NCBI GenBank assembly: GCA_951406725.2
Contig: OX597834.1
Coordinates: 35,092,001 to 35,156,000, forward strand
Reading direction: 5' to 3'
DNA from: Octopus vulgaris
Taxonomy: Eukaryota
DNA: 64,000 nucleotides
Made by a program: the position numbers and the translations under genes. Under the pieces are notes generated by a model that searched no databases, was not told where the DNA came from, and worked only from the letters and a program-made list of their open reading frames with translations. Positions within the stretch are counted from its first letter, which is position 1; each line of letters starts with the position of its first letter. Shown here piece by piece: positions 15,918-30,494 of the stretch.

Positions 15918-16424
15918 TGAAAGAGAGAGACAGATAGAGCAACAGTGGGTAGGTGTGTGACCGGGTATGTGTGATGTGTATAAGGGCAAGGAGTGGTGTT
16001 TTATTCAAATGAGCGGCTAATAGCGCTATCAGTTTATTTATCTGGTTATCAAAAGACTTTAATTGCTCTGATCTCAAGGGTCACCAACCTCTACCCTTTA
16101 CATAATGCCCCCCATATGTCATACATGTACCACCGAATGGGCATAATTTCTGAATATAAACAAAAACAAAGTCATTATCTTTATTCCATTGCTGTGTTTG
16201 TTTGTTCTCTGGACACACTGTCTGTTAAATTGCTGTTTGTTTCATGTTCTCCGCATGCAAAATGCCACATGTGTAAAGCTTGGCAGAGTAATTAAGAAGC
16301 TTGCTTTGCAATACAGGCATGTGGTTTCGGTCTCAGTCCCCCAACAGTGTGGGACTTTGGACCAGTGTCTTCTATTATACCTCCAGAAGATTTAGTAGCC
16401 AGTAACTGTATATATACTCATTTA

Positions 16425-16780
16425 CTTGTTTGTCCTGTGACTGTGGCCATGCTGGAGCACCGCCTTTATTCAAGCAAATCGACCCCAGGACTTATTCTTT
16501 GTAAGCCTAGTACTTATTCTATCGGTCTCTTTTGCCGAACCGCTAAGTTACAGGGACGTAAACACACCAGCATCGGTTGTCAAGCGATGTTAGGGGGACA
16601 AACACAGACATACATATATACGACGGGCTTCTTTCAGTTTCCATCTACCAAATCCACTCACAAGGCTTTGGTCGGCCCGAGGCTATAGTAGAAGACACTT
16701 GCCCAAGGTGCCACGCAGTGGGACTGAACCTGGAACCATGTGGTTGGTAAGCAAGCTACTTACCACACAGCCACTCCTAT
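16425..16780 (-). mobile_element. SINE family 1 copy
   Basis: Reverse complement of the 35948 element. Confidence 0.88.
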
Positions 16781-18800
16781 GTATGTATGTATATATATAT
16801 ATATATATATCATCATCATCATTTAATGTACACTTTCTATGCAGGCATGGGTTGCACGGTTTGAGTGATGGTGGTGGTGGTGTTGGTGTATGTGTGTGTG
16901 TAAGTGTTTGTGTTGTTCCGTTGTTTAGGTATCGCATGATGGTTGTAAAAGAGGTATCACCATTATGAAAGCAATGCTGCTCGTTATCAGTCTTCCATGA
17001 AAAAATAAAAAAACATGTCTAGCTATGTGGAAATATTACCTTGCTTAGAAACAAGTGAGGGCTGGTGAGGAGAAGGTGGGGGACACTGAGCCACAGACAA
17101 TCTGCTTCAACAGATTCCGTCCGACCCATGCAAGCATGGGAAAGTGGACATTAAATGAGGGTGATGAATATTTGGCAGAGGTTCCGCAAGTATTGGATAG
17201 CCAGTCTCTTAGGTCCAATGTTTATCTAAAAATATATATTTCTGACTTTTGTTTTGTTTGTATTTCCTCGTGTTTTACCATTTAATACTTCCCTAAGAAG
17301 AAAGAGAAATCTATAGCCCACACCCATTTACGTTAGAACAGACTTCCAGACTCAGTCGGCAGAATTCCAGTAACACTTATAGACTAGCCGTCTGCGTGTG
17401 ACTCAGTGCTGCACATAACACTCTGTGTGTGTGTGTGTGTGTGTGAAATACGAAACAATAAATAAACTATATTGAATTATTGTAGTATAGATGTCCATCA
17501 TTTCAACAGTTATAGATGCTATCATCATCATCATTGTCATCATCGTCATCAGCATCATCGTCATCACCATCATTGTTTAATGTCCACTTTTCCATGCTGG
17601 CATGGGTTGGATGCAATTTGTTGAGACATATTTCCTACAACTGGATGCCCTTCCTGTTGCCACCCTCATCTGTGTCCAAGTAAGGTGAATATTTCCCCAT
17701 GACCAGACGTGTCTTGTAAAACTGAAAATAAAGAACGCCACTTGCACGACAATGACACTCGCTTACAGCTGTCATGTGACGTCAAGGCAAGAAGACAATA
17801 ACCTCCCCGCCCACCACCCACACACATACACATGATGGGCTTCGTTCAGTTTCTCCTATCAAATCCATCCACAAGGCTTTGGTTGACTCCAGGCTATAGT
17901 AGAAGAGACTTGCCTAAGGCGTCACACAGTAGGACTGAACCTGGAACTATATGGTAAGGTGGCGAGCTGGTAGAAACATTAGCACGCCGGGCGAAATTCA
18001 TAGCCGTGTTTCGTCTGTCATTGCATTCCAAGTTCAAATTCCGCCAAGGTCGACTTTGCCTTTCATCCTTTCGGGGTCGATAAATTAAGTACCAGTTACG
18101 CACTGGGGTCGATGTAATCAACTTAATCCCTTTGTCTGTCCTTGTTTGTCCCCTCTGTGTTTAGCCCCTTGTGGGTAGTAAAGAAATATATATGGTAAAG
18201 AAGCGAACTTTTAAGCCCAGAGCCAAAAGCTATGTCTTTCCATCATTTCAAAATCCTCTGAAATGGTAAATGGCTTTATGTTTTTGAAACAATGGGCAAT
18301 GCTGCACATCCATAGGTGGTGAATTGATGGAAGGCCATACTTTTTGAAATGAATGACACACATAACAATTATAAAAATGGACATCCATACTACAATTATT
18401 CAAATAGTTATTTATTTCCCACTTTTTTTTTTTCAAGGTGCCATTCAGTATAACTGAACCTGGAACCATGTGGTTGTGAAGCGAGCTCCTTACCACACTG
18501 TCACATATCCGGTTAAAAAATGCACAACCTTGCAGCACAGTCACGTAAACATAAGCAACAGTCAGGGCATTGAGAGCAGCCGAACACTGTGGATCGTCAA
18601 TAGGATGTGTTGTTGCAATACAGGCAGAATCTGTGTTATCAGAGATCAATCAGTGATAAACAAGACTACATGTAGTATGTCAGACCTAACACTGAAGCCA
18701 AACACACCAAACGGCCAGGAGGTGGTGTTAACTTGGTAATTTTGCAAGTAGTTGAGCCCTCCAAACTAATTAAAAGTACCAAAGGAACAGATGGTTTTTA

Positions 18801-19027
18801 TTAACCCTTTAGCATTTACACCGGCCATATCCAGCCCAAATATTCTACCTGTTTTATATTCAAACAGGCCACATCTAGCTTCTCACACCTACCCTACAAT
18901 GTCATTCTAAAAATAAGCAATCACATCATTGAAATTTCGAAGCTACAAGATAACGTATGGTTAATTTAATACGATGTGAATAAATGAGGATTACATTTGA
19001 CAGAGTAATCTGAATGCTAAAGGTTAA
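18801..19027. mobile_element. piggyBac-like MITE (TTAA-flanked)
   Basis: TTAA-CCCTTTAGCATT ... AATGCTAAAGG-TTAA; related copies at 38664, 50100, 53354 and 54686. Confidence 0.75.
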
Positions 19028-20223
19028 TCCAGACAAGTATGTACGTTACATCATTATCATCATCGTTTAATGTCTGCTTTACATGCTGGCATGAGTTGAA
19101 CGGTTTGACTGAGGACTGGCAAGCCAGGAAGCTGCACCAGGCTCCAATCTGATCAGGCAAGGTTTCCACAGCTGGACACCCTTCCTAATGCCAACCACTG
19201 AGAATTTAATGGGTGCTTTTTACATGCCACAGACCCATTAGGCAGCACTGGTATCAACCACACTTGAATGGTGTTTTTTTTTATGTGCCACCAGTATGGG
19301 AGCTAGACAGGAGGTACTGGCACCAATCACGCTCAAATGGTGCTTTTTATGTGCCACTGGCACAGGAGCCAGTCTAGCGGCACATTACAACTCTTGAATA
19401 ATACTCCCTTTATTATGACAGTTCCATACCAATTTGGGATGACTTCTACTACAGCTGCCTTTAAACATTAGGAGGAGAGTGGGAGGGAGGGAGGGAGAGA
19501 GAGAGAAGGAAAGAAAGAGGAGTAAAGAAAAATAACTCCTGACATATTTCTCTTAAATACTGAAAATTTAGAAGACACTAATTATAACTTTGGACTTTAA
19601 ATTTGAAAAACAAAATTCCAGTTTGTGATAAGTCATCTTGAGCAGATAAATATAAAGGGGTGGTGGTGGTAGTAGTAGTAGTAGTAGCAACAGCAGCAGT
19701 AGTAGTAATAGTAATGGTGATGATGGTGGTGGTGGTAGTGGAGGAGATGATTAGAACAAGGTCAAGCTTCATTAAGACCTATGATCAAAAGCATACCAGC
19801 CATGGCCACCCAGTCTTTGTTCGCGATAACTAACACTACATTATCTAATATATGCTTTCCATTTTTATATGACGGCAAGGTGTGATTTCAGAAATTTTCT
19901 AAAGTTTTTTTTTTTTGGTATCACTGATTTCGGTGGTGATGATGGGGGTGGAGGGGTGGATCAGGTGTGGCAGAAATAGCTCTTGATTAAAAAGAAGGCC
20001 AATGTTTGAAGAGTTAATTTCCCCAACCACAGCATCTTGAATCCACCGAGAAGGGAAAAATAATTAGTACATAAAAGAAAAAACAATTAGTGATTTCTTT
20101 TTGACAAAGTAAGTAGTTTTAATATTTCTAAGAGGAAAACTGTGACAAGATTTGAGCAACTTAGGTACATTAATGGTGCTTTTATTAGCAATACCAGGAC
20201 AAATTGCTACTAACTAATAATAA

Positions 20224-20254
<31 letters not shown>

Positions 20255-21764
20255 AATAAAAATAATAATAATAACAAAAATAATAATCCTTTCTGTTATA
20301 GGCACAAGGCATGAAATTTGGGGGAGAGGCTAGATGATTACATCGACCCCCCCCCCAGTGTGTGACTGGTACTTATCTCATTGACCCTGAAAGGATGAAA
20401 GGCAAAGTTGATCGCAGTGGAAATTGAACTCAGAACATAAAGATGGACAAAATGCCGCTAAGCGTTTTGCCCAGCACTAATAATAATAATAATAATAGTA
20501 ATATAAATAATAATGATAATTAATAATAAATGCCTTGATACAGTACCAGGCAGAGGCTCTCGTGGCTTCTGATCTTAACTGATTGGAAGTATTATCATGT
20601 ACATTGTTTTGTCTTGGTATAAAAGATGGGCTACGGCAAATATTCTGCTCAATACCACAGATTTGCTTGTCACTTGTTTGACCATAACCAGTTGAGCATG
20701 TCCCTTAGTGGCTGACGATATGTGCATCTCTGATCACGAGCAGAAGTAGTGGGGGAGCATCATAGCCATGTGTTGTGAGGGATTCTTTGGGGTTTGAATA
20801 ATTCACCTCTGGAAACATGGGTGGTTCGTTCAACATCCTTATTCAGGGACCTTTTGAGCAGGATGGGCTACTCAATCTGAAGAAAATTCTAACTGGGCCC
20901 CATCTGCAAGTCATGTGGTCTTTATCTTGATATGAGATCACCAATTCGCACACATATGGTTGTAATGCATGTACCTGGAGTACCCTTATCAGACAGGTAG
21001 TCATGATGGGTATACTGGGCTTTGTATATTTTACCCCAGTGTCACTTTGATGGCATGCACTGCTCTCTCACTCAATAATAATAATAATAATCCTTTCTAC
21101 TAAAGGCACAAGGCCTGAAATTTGGGGGAGGGGGCTAGTCGATTACACATCACCCCAGTGCGTAACTGGTACTTATTTCACTGACCACGAAAGGATGAAA
21201 GGTAAAGTCAACCTCGACAGAATTTGAACTCAGAGCATAAGTACGATTCTGCTAGCTTGCTGCCTGAGATGATAACTACAACAACAACAACAATAATAAT
21301 GATGATTTCAACTCTTGGCACAAGGCTAGCAAGTCTGGGCCAGTGGTCAAGTGTTCAATGGGTATTGATTTTATCACCTCTGAAAGGATGAAAGACAAAA
21401 TGCTGAGTGGTAAAATGCCACTAAACATTTTGCCTGGCACTGTCATACAAGTCATGTCTTTCATTTCCAATTTTCCAATAAAACATTCCTGGCCAGGTAT
21501 GGGAAATATCACCTTGCTTGGAAACAGGTGAAGGTTGGTCACGAGAAGGGCATTCAGCTTTTGAAAAACTTGCCTCAATAAGTTCTAATTGATGCAGGTA
21601 TGGAAAAGTACACATTAAAAGGACGGCGATGATGACGATGACAACACACACACACAGATACACACAGAGGCATGGCTGTGTGGTAAGAAGCTTGCTTCCC
21701 AACCGCATGGTGCCAGGTTCAGTCTCACTGTATGGCAACTATATATATATATAGTAGTTGTGAT

Positions 21765-22088
21765 ACCTGTGCCGGTGGCACATAAAAAGCACCATCCGAA
21801 CGTGGCTGATGCCAGCGCCACCTCGACTGGCTTCTGTGCCGGTGGCACGTAAAAAGCACCATCCAATCGTGACTGTTGCCAGACTCCCCTGGCACCTGTG
21901 CCGGTGGCATGTAAAAAGCACCCACTACACTCACGGAGTGGTTGGCGTTAGGAAGGGCATCCAGCTGTAGAAATTCTGCCAGATCAGACTGGAGCCTGGT
22001 GCAGCCTTCTGGCTTCCCAGACCCTGGTCGAACTGTCCAACCCATGCTAGCGTGGAAAACGGACGTTAAACGATGATGATGATGATGA

Positions 22089-22090
<2 letters not shown>
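21765..22090 (+). mobile_element. Retroposon family 3 with internal GTGCCGGTGGCACGTAAAAAGCACC repeats and (GAT)n tail
   Basis: Shared 3' end GGACGTTAAACGATGATGAT; copies at 990-1332(+), 9415-9630(-), 14821-15070(-), 19050-19380(-), 35258-35400(-). Confidence 0.8.
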
Positions 22091-22149
<59 letters not shown>

Positions 22150-23810
22150 AATATATTAGAGAGAGAGAGACAGAGAGAGAAGAGATAGGTTGCTTATACT
22201 CTTCATTGGAAAAACAACGGGTGATAGACCAACCAAAAGCAAATTGCATTGATCTCATTCATCTCCGAGGATTTTGAGTAAATCAAAGGATAAAGTGATC
22301 TTAGTGGAATCAATAAAACTGAAATCAATGTTTAAAAAGAGAACAAGGAATTGGAAGAGAATTTTAAGATTTAGAGAAAAAAATTATGCAAGATTCCAAG
22401 AGTGTTGTACTTTGGTAATGAGAAGTGAAGAAAACAATGTAATACTTTCTGTTAATGGGAAATAAGTGGTGGTGGTGGTGGCATTGATGGTGGTGGTTAC
22501 AGTAGTGGTAGTGGTGGCTACAGTAGTGGTAGTGTTGATAGTGGTGGTTACGGTGGTAACGGCGAGCTGGCAGAAACGTTAGGACGCCGAGTGAAATGCT
22601 GTGCGGTATTTCGTCTGCTGCAACGTTCTGAGTTCAAGTTCCGCCGAGGTCGACTTTGCCTTTCATCCTTTCGGGGTCGATTAAATAAGTACCAGTTATG
22701 CACTGGGGTCGATATAATCAATCAGCCCCAGTACTTGACTAGTATTTTATCATCATCATCATCATTGTCCTAAATTTCTAAATTGGTTAGGCCTGACTGA
22801 GCCGACCAATACTCAGAGGCATTCCATCCATGACCACACTGAATATTACTCACACACAGTGTATCTAGGATTACATCATACAACCTTTAAGACAGCAGGG
22901 CTTCATAAGAGGGAGACTTGTCTGCTATTATTGCCTATGTGTGTCTGTGTTGATATCCACTGTGTATATTAGGTCCTGTTACTTAGCAGTTCAACAAATG
23001 AAGAGTGATTAAAATAAGAACCAGACTCTCTCTCTCTCTCTTTCGGAGAAGCACTGAGCAGCTATACGCACACATACACACCCGGCAGTAACTCCCGCCT
23101 ACCGAATTCAATCACAAAGCTTCGGTTGGCTCAGGGCTATAGTGGAAGACACGTACCCAAAGTGCCACGCAGTGGGACTGAACCCGAAACCATGTAGCTA
23201 GGAAGCAAGCTCCCTAACCACACAGCCATGCCTGCGCCTAATAGAAGCAAATCCTGGGTGTGAGGGTAGTCGAGAGGCTGTACCCCAGAATGGCTGCAGT
23301 GAATGAGTGGAATGAAATGAATAAAAGAATATTCTTCACAGGTTCAGTAACGACGTAGAGAGACTCCCCGACTATCTTTAGTTTTCTCTATATGTGTCAC
23401 CTCATGAATCTGGGTGGGTGTGTGTGTATGTAAGTATCTGTGCGTGAGTGTTGGGGGGGGAAGATATGGATATGTGAATGCGGGTAGGTGCATGTGAGTA
23501 TGTGTGTGTGCGCATGTGCATGTGTGAGCATCTGTGCGTGAGCGAGTTTAATGCATGTGTTTATGCGTATGTGTTGAAGCATGTATATAATGTAAAACCG
23601 ATCAATTCTGTGTGTATAGTATACGGATTGTGTAAAACTATGACTCACCTTACGCGTGTGTATGTGCATAGATATGTGTGTGTATAGCATACAGATAGTT
23701 TAAAACTGTGTCACTGTGTGTGTGTGTATGTGTGTGTGTGTAATAAACAAATGCAATGAAACTAATTCATTTTGTATATGTGTGTTAGTATGTATGTATA
23801 AGTATATATG

Positions 23811-23874
<64 letters not shown>

Positions 23875-23935
23875 TACCTGTGTGTGTGTGTAACAAGCAG
23901 AAACTGTAGAACCTATTCATCTTGTGCATGTGTGT

Positions 23936-23988
<53 letters not shown>

Positions 23989-24117
23989 CAAGTGGGTGCG
24001 TGTGTAGCGTGCGGATACTGTAAAACTCATCAAAGGTTGCATAAACAACTCGAGTTCTGGAACATATGCTAGATGAGAGTGGGGGGGGGGCAGATAGCAG
24101 TAGTAGTAGTGATGATG

Positions 24118-24167
<50 letters not shown>

Positions 24168-24349
24168 GTATAAGGTGAATGAAATATCATCATTTGTGGT
24201 AATAGTGATGGAGAATAATCACAGCAGTGATGGTGTTGGTGGTGGTGATGATGAAGATGACAGCAGTGGCAATAGCGATGATGGTAATAGTGCCAGCAGT
24301 AGTGGTGGCGGTAGTACCAGAAGTGGTGGTTGTGGTGGCAGTGATAGTA

Positions 24350-24576
24350 TATGTGGGGGGGGGGGGACTGAAAAGTTCCTGGTTTTATGGGTATCGTGAA
24401 AGGCCTGGTAGGAGACTCCAACCTCCCAAGTTCTTTTACAGGGTTTAGGAAAACTGAGGGACCACTGTAATAAGTGTGTGAATCTGAGAGGGGAATATGC
24501 TGAATAAAATCATAATTAACTGATCCTCCTGTATTTTCTTTTACCCAAAACCAGGAACCTTTCAGCACCCCTCGTA
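24350..24576 (+). mobile_element. Mariner-derived MITE
   Basis: TIRs CTGAAAAGTTCCTGG / CCAGGAACCTTTCAG with TA ends; interior matches the 3' end (52810-53009) of the mariner above. Confidence 0.85.
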
Positions 24577-25179
24577 TGGTAATAGAAATAGTAATGGTGG
24601 TGGCCACCATCCATGATGGCAGTGCTAGTTACACTGATGGCTGTAGTGCAGTAGTGGTGGTGGTGGTGGTGGTGTCAATGGTGGTGTCACTGCTTCTACT
24701 GCTTTTGTCAGAATTAGTGACGGTGGTAGTAAATCTGCATATCATTATTAAATTATTCACAGTCATGATTAAGTGACGTCTCGCTAAGAACATATGGCAC
24801 AACCTCGCCACTTTTCCAGTTTACAGCTGGCGATACTTATGAATATTTAAAACCACTTTACACCTCAACAATTGCCATAAAACCTAACACTAAATCACTC
24901 CAGTTGCTGCTCTCATTGCTATTGCTGTATGTCTAAACCTAAGTCAGCACACTGATCTCACTAACAGACCTTTTGATCTAAGACATTTCAGCTCTGATTT
25001 ACGATAACAATGAACTATATTTCAGTGTGGCTGTGCACTAAGAAGTTTGCTTCCCATCTACATTGATCCAGGTTCAGTCCCACTGCATGGCACCTTGGGT
25101 AGGTGTCTTCTGTTATAGCTCTGGGCCAGCCAAAAGCCTTGGGAGTGGAGCTGGTAGACAGAAACTGAGAGAAGTCCAA

Positions 25180-25396
25180 GGTGGTGAGCTGGCAGAAACG
25201 TTAGCACACCTGGTGAAATGCTTAGCGGTATTTCGTCTGCCCTTACATTCTGAGTTCAAATTCCGCCAAGGTCGACTTTGCCTTTCATCCTTTTGGAGTC
25301 GATAAATTAAGTACTAGTTACACACTGGGGTCGATGTAATTAACTTAATCCCTTTGTCCCCTCTATGATTAGCCCCTTGTGGGCAATAAAGAAATA
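25180..25396 (+). mobile_element. SINE family 2 nested in a family 1 SINE
   Basis: 20-bp TSD AGAAACTGAGAGAAGTCCAA at 25160-79 and 25397-416. Confidence 0.88.
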
Positions 25397-25552
25397 AGAA
25401 ACTGAGAGAAGTCCAATGTGTGTGTGTGTGTGATCGAGAGGTAGGCCTTGAAATGGTGCACATTCTCACCTGATGACCCCATACACGTGCTGGCTTCTGG
25501 TATGTGGAGCTCTTGACTGGTAGCACTTATATGTGCAAGTTGTTTACAAAAC

Positions 25553-25587
<35 letters not shown>

Positions 25588-27481
25588 CACACACGTGTAT
25601 AACTATGTGTGACTTTGTGTCTGTGTTTGCCCCTTCCATGACCACTTGACACCGGTGTTGGTGTGTTTACATCCCTGTAACTCAGCGGTTCAGCAAAAGA
25701 GACCAATAGAATAAGTAGTGGGCTCCAGCATGGCCACAGTCAAGTGACTGGAACAAATAAAAGAAAAGAGTAACAGAATATCCGTCCTGTCGTCAGTTGC
25801 TCTGTTGGAACTCATTGTGTTTCTGACACCTTGCAGAAGCATTCAATCCAACGGTGCCTACCGTGCCAAAAAAAAAATAAATAAATAAATGCTACCTAAG
25901 AATTACAAGACAGAAGAAACATCAGAGATTTGTATGGAATGACAGAACAGCATCCAAAACAAGACATTACACAAGAATTGTTCCAAACTACCAGCCTGGC
26001 CTGGCTCTTCGTCAGTTACAACAAAGTGTGTTCCAGTTGGTTCGATTGGCAGAACAGCCTGCTCAGGAAATTAACGTGCAAGTGGCTGAGTACTCCACAG
26101 ACATGCATACCCATAACGTAGTCCTCAGAGAGATTCAATGTGACACAGAATTGAAAAACAAAGCTGGCCCTTTTGAATTACAGGTACTACTCAATTTTGC
26201 CAGCTGAGTGGAGTGGAGCAGTGTGAAATGAAGTGTCTTGCTCAAGGAGACAACACACCACTGGGAACTGAATTCGTGACCTTATGGTCATGAACCAAAA
26301 TCCCTAACCATTAAACCATGCACCTTCCAAACCAACAATCACAAAAAAGGGGTAAAGTTATACAATCTGCATGGAGCCCAAAGGGATACTACCAAAACCC
26401 TACCATTACCTCCGCCTTTGCGAAGGCAGAGGTATTGTTTTCAGTCGTGTTTGTTTGTCCATGGACAAGATATCTCAAAAATCACTGGATAGATTTGGAT
26501 GAAACTTTCAGGGATGGTTGGCCTTGTGACTAGCACAAACTGATTAGATTTTGGGATCAATCTGGTACTGGACAAGGATTCTGGATTATTTTTCCTGTTT
26601 TTTTTTTACTTCATTTTTGAGAGTGGTCAGGTTCATTTTTAATATTCTCGTTTGTGAGAGCAGTCGAGTTTATTTCAGATATTCTCATTTTAAAAATCAT
26701 CTCTGGCTAATCAATGTGAGGATGTTGGTGTTGCCTTGGTGAAAGTTTGTGCTCACTGAGTGCTCTGGTTAGTAATTGAAATTAAAAGGGAAAAAACAAA
26801 ACCTTAGACATAGGGGCATGGGTGTGTGGTAAGAGGTTTGCTACCCAACTCTACATGGTTCCCAGTTCAGTCCTACTGTGTGGCACCTTGATCAAGTGTC
26901 CTCTGCTAAGTTTTGTGGGTGGACTTGGTAGATGGAAACTGAAAGAAGCCCATTATGTGCGTGTATGTGTCATTGTGTTTGTCCCCCACCACCGTCTGAC
27001 ATTCGGTGTTGGTTTCTTTGTGTCCCTGTAACTTAGTGGTTCAGCAAATAAGTGCTAAGCTCAAAAAGGAAAAACAAAAAATGAAGGACTGGGGCTCGAT
27101 TTATTCGTCTAAAACCCTTTAATGTGTTGCCCCAGCATGGCCACACTCCAATGACTGAAACAAACAAAAGCTAACAGGTAATGCTTAAACATACAGTATA
27201 AAAGGAATAAACACTTGTTTATCAAAAAACCTATTTATTAACGAGCACGAAAATGGAATTAAATGAAACAATACAGGTTATTTACACTAGCATTAATTAA
27301 ACAACCAACTAATTAAAATCAATGTAAAGAATAAAATCACAAGTCATAATTACACCAATTAACGAACACGTGTTTCATTTGCTTCTGAGACTAGCACAGA
27401 AAATGTACAAAACCTATCTGGAACCCCCCAATAGTAAGACAAATCTCACTTCAATAAAAGAAACAAGCAGGCTAAACAAAT

Positions 27482-27899
27482 ATTTATTTCTTTATTGCCC
27501 ACAAGGAGTTAAACATATAGGGGACAAACAAGGACAGAGAAAGGGATTAAGTCGATTACATCGACCTCAGTGCATAACTGGTACTTGTTTAATCGACCCC
27601 GAAAGGATGTAAGACAAAGTCGACCACAGTGGAATTTGAACTCAGAACATAGCGACAGACGAAATACCTATTTCTTTATTACCCACAAGGGGCTAAACAC
27701 AGAGGGGACAAACAAGGACAGACATAGGTATTAAGTCGATTACATCGACCCCAGTGCGTAACTGGTACTTAATTTATCGACCCTGAAAGGATGAAAGGCA
27801 AAGTCGACCTCGGCGGAATTTGAAGTCACAACGTAACGCAGACGAAATACCGCTAAGCATTTCGCCCGGCGTGCTAATGATTCTGCCAGCTCGTCACCT
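27482..27899 (-). mobile_element. Head-to-tail dimer of SINE family 2
   Basis: Two consecutive units flanked by one TSD AGGCTAAACA.ATATT (27469 / 27900). Confidence 0.82.
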
Positions 27900-28448
27900 A
27901 GGCTAAACAGATATTAAACCAGTGCTTAATAAACGAAATTAAACAAGAGGAATAAACAGATAAAAACTATCGCATGTTAAATCTATACCTTAATGACAAC
28001 TAGAATGAAAAGAGCATCACTCTAGTATTAGATAATAAAAGGTGTCCATAAATTAATAGCTTTGCAATTTAAAAAATTCTGGAAAAAATGAAATATAAAG
28101 ATAATATATAAGGAAACAAATAAAGTTATATTAGTGACTTGGAGGAACAAGCTATTTCGTTATGCAACCAAAATATACAACAAAATATATTAAACATTTT
28201 TATAAGTTAACACTATGTCCTACTGTGTTAGCAGTGCTATTACATCACTTGGTAATGTTATCTCTTCAGATTTTTTATAGAAATTATAGCCTCTGATGAT
28301 TTTGTCATGAAGTTGATAAATTGTGGAAGTTGTAAAAATGATTTATGAACACCCAGTAAATCATTGCAAGCAATGTAAAGACAATCACGAACCTAAATCA
28401 CAGCCGATAGATCGCAAACATGTTGCATGTAACAGCAGGACCATCCCA

Positions 28449-28522
<74 letters not shown>

Positions 28523-29800
28523 ATATGCATACATGTATGAATGTATCTTTTGCAAAATGTATGAAAGAAGAATGGAAGCATTGTCTCAAAAGAACTGAAA
28601 ACTCAGTGATTTTTTTTTTTTGTTCTTTTAATGAAAGTCAGCTTTGCAATATTTATTCTGCAATAAGTTACAGGCACTCCCTTTGCTCACTAAGTTGTCA
28701 GAAATGCAATGAAGCAATAATCAGTCCCATTAGAAATCTGTCATAAAAGGCCATCAATAATTATGATATAAAATAAATATATAAAAAAAAAAACAATAAA
28801 TATGTGATGACTATTTAATAATTCTTTGACAGATATCTTTTCTTTCTTTAAATTTTTAATTAAAATAGTAACAAAGGAAAAAAAAAACAAAGAAAATAAA
28901 ATCATGACTTGAATGAGACTTCCTGGAAATAAAATTTAAAACAAGGAATTATCAAGAGGACTATTATGTGGTTGCCTGACATATTAGAAAGAGCCCTAAA
29001 TATCCCTCATATTACACCCTGCAATTTTCACTGAAGACAGCTATTTTTAGCCTGTTACATGTATACTGTATTTTAGTTTTAGCTAAATGTTTATAGATTA
29101 AGTATTTTATTACTGCAGAAAGATTTCTTTTCGGTTTTTTTCCCCAGTCCATCACATTACCTAAAATCCTTCATCATGTTACATCTTTGCCAGCCATCAA
29201 AGTCTTTGGATACACAAAGCCTGGGAGAGAAAGACAAGGGAGCTACTATGGCCAGAATGCCTCATGTCTTTGGTCATCAGGATCTACTTAGTTATAACTA
29301 AGCTGGCGCTAAAAGGGAAATAACATCTAAAACAATGAAACACTAGAATCACGTCTGTTTGCATTGAGAATATAAACAGGCGCAGGAGTGACTGTGTGGT
29401 AAGTAGCTTGCTTACAACCACATGGTCATGGGTTCAATCCCACTGCGTGGCATCTTGGGCAAGTGTCTTCTACTATAGCCTCAGGCTGACCAAAGCCTTA
29501 TAAGTGGATTTGGTAGACAGAAACTGAAAGAAGCCCATTGTATATATGTGTGTATATATATATATATATATAGTAGAAATATGTTACAAAAAGAAAATAT
29601 AAAATACACGTGGAAATGTAAGGGTAAAATATGAAAAATCAATGAAAATGCACATTGTAAATCAAAAAAGGCTTTTTATGACAGGTAACGACAAATATAG
29701 ACATTTAGATTGACTGACGTAGTCATAAAAGTCATTATTTTGAGATGATTATAAAATCAGAAAACAAAGCGTACCATGGTTTCCGCAAACCTATTCATTG

Positions 29801-29880
<80 letters not shown>

Positions 29881-30355
29881 ATGTTTGCTTTTATGTTATA
29901 ATAAAAAACTATTTTCCATTCCTCTGACAATGACTCAGCTGGCTGAAACTTTGAAGTCACTGTCAACAGCATTCTTACACAACATGGGAGGCGATAATAT
30001 GCTTCACCTTAAATTTTCAATTTTATGTTCTTTGTCTTTTTATACTTAATTCATGAAGCAACATCAACAACTACAACATTATCGTGGATATTAATGAAAT
30101 TTCCTCCAAGATAAAAACCAGCCTATCTAGAATACATTAACTTGTAACGATAATGAGCCGGAGGTAAACAATGTCACAGAAACTAACCAACGTCGAAAGA
30201 TAATGGTAATGAATTCCATGAAATATCTGTGGGTGTATTTGTGTGCGCGTGTGTATGCATGTATACATAAATGAATATAAATACGTATACAATACATATA
30301 TAAATATATGTATGTGAAATTGAAGCACAAAGCAGTAATGGGTATAAATATAAAT

Positions 30356-30494
30356 TTGTTACCAGTTGAAATATGCTTGAGGCTTATTCAAACCTGAAAG
30401 AAAGCCGTTACTGTATTTTCTCTCCTGACAAAATAAAATGAATGGCTTTCTCACAGGCCTGAGTATGCCTCAAACATATTTCAACTCGTAACAA
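30356..30494. repeat. Fold-back inverted repeat (~54-bp arms), MITE-like
   Basis: TTGTTACCAGTTGAAATATGCTTGAGGC... is the imperfect reverse complement of ...GCCTCAAACATATTTCAACTCGTAACAA. Confidence 0.8.

Noticed and set aside
23762-24610. Longest ORF (282 aa, minus strand)
   Set aside because: Composed of a MITE plus (CAC/CAT)n, (TA)n and (CA)n microsatellites; no protein-like content.
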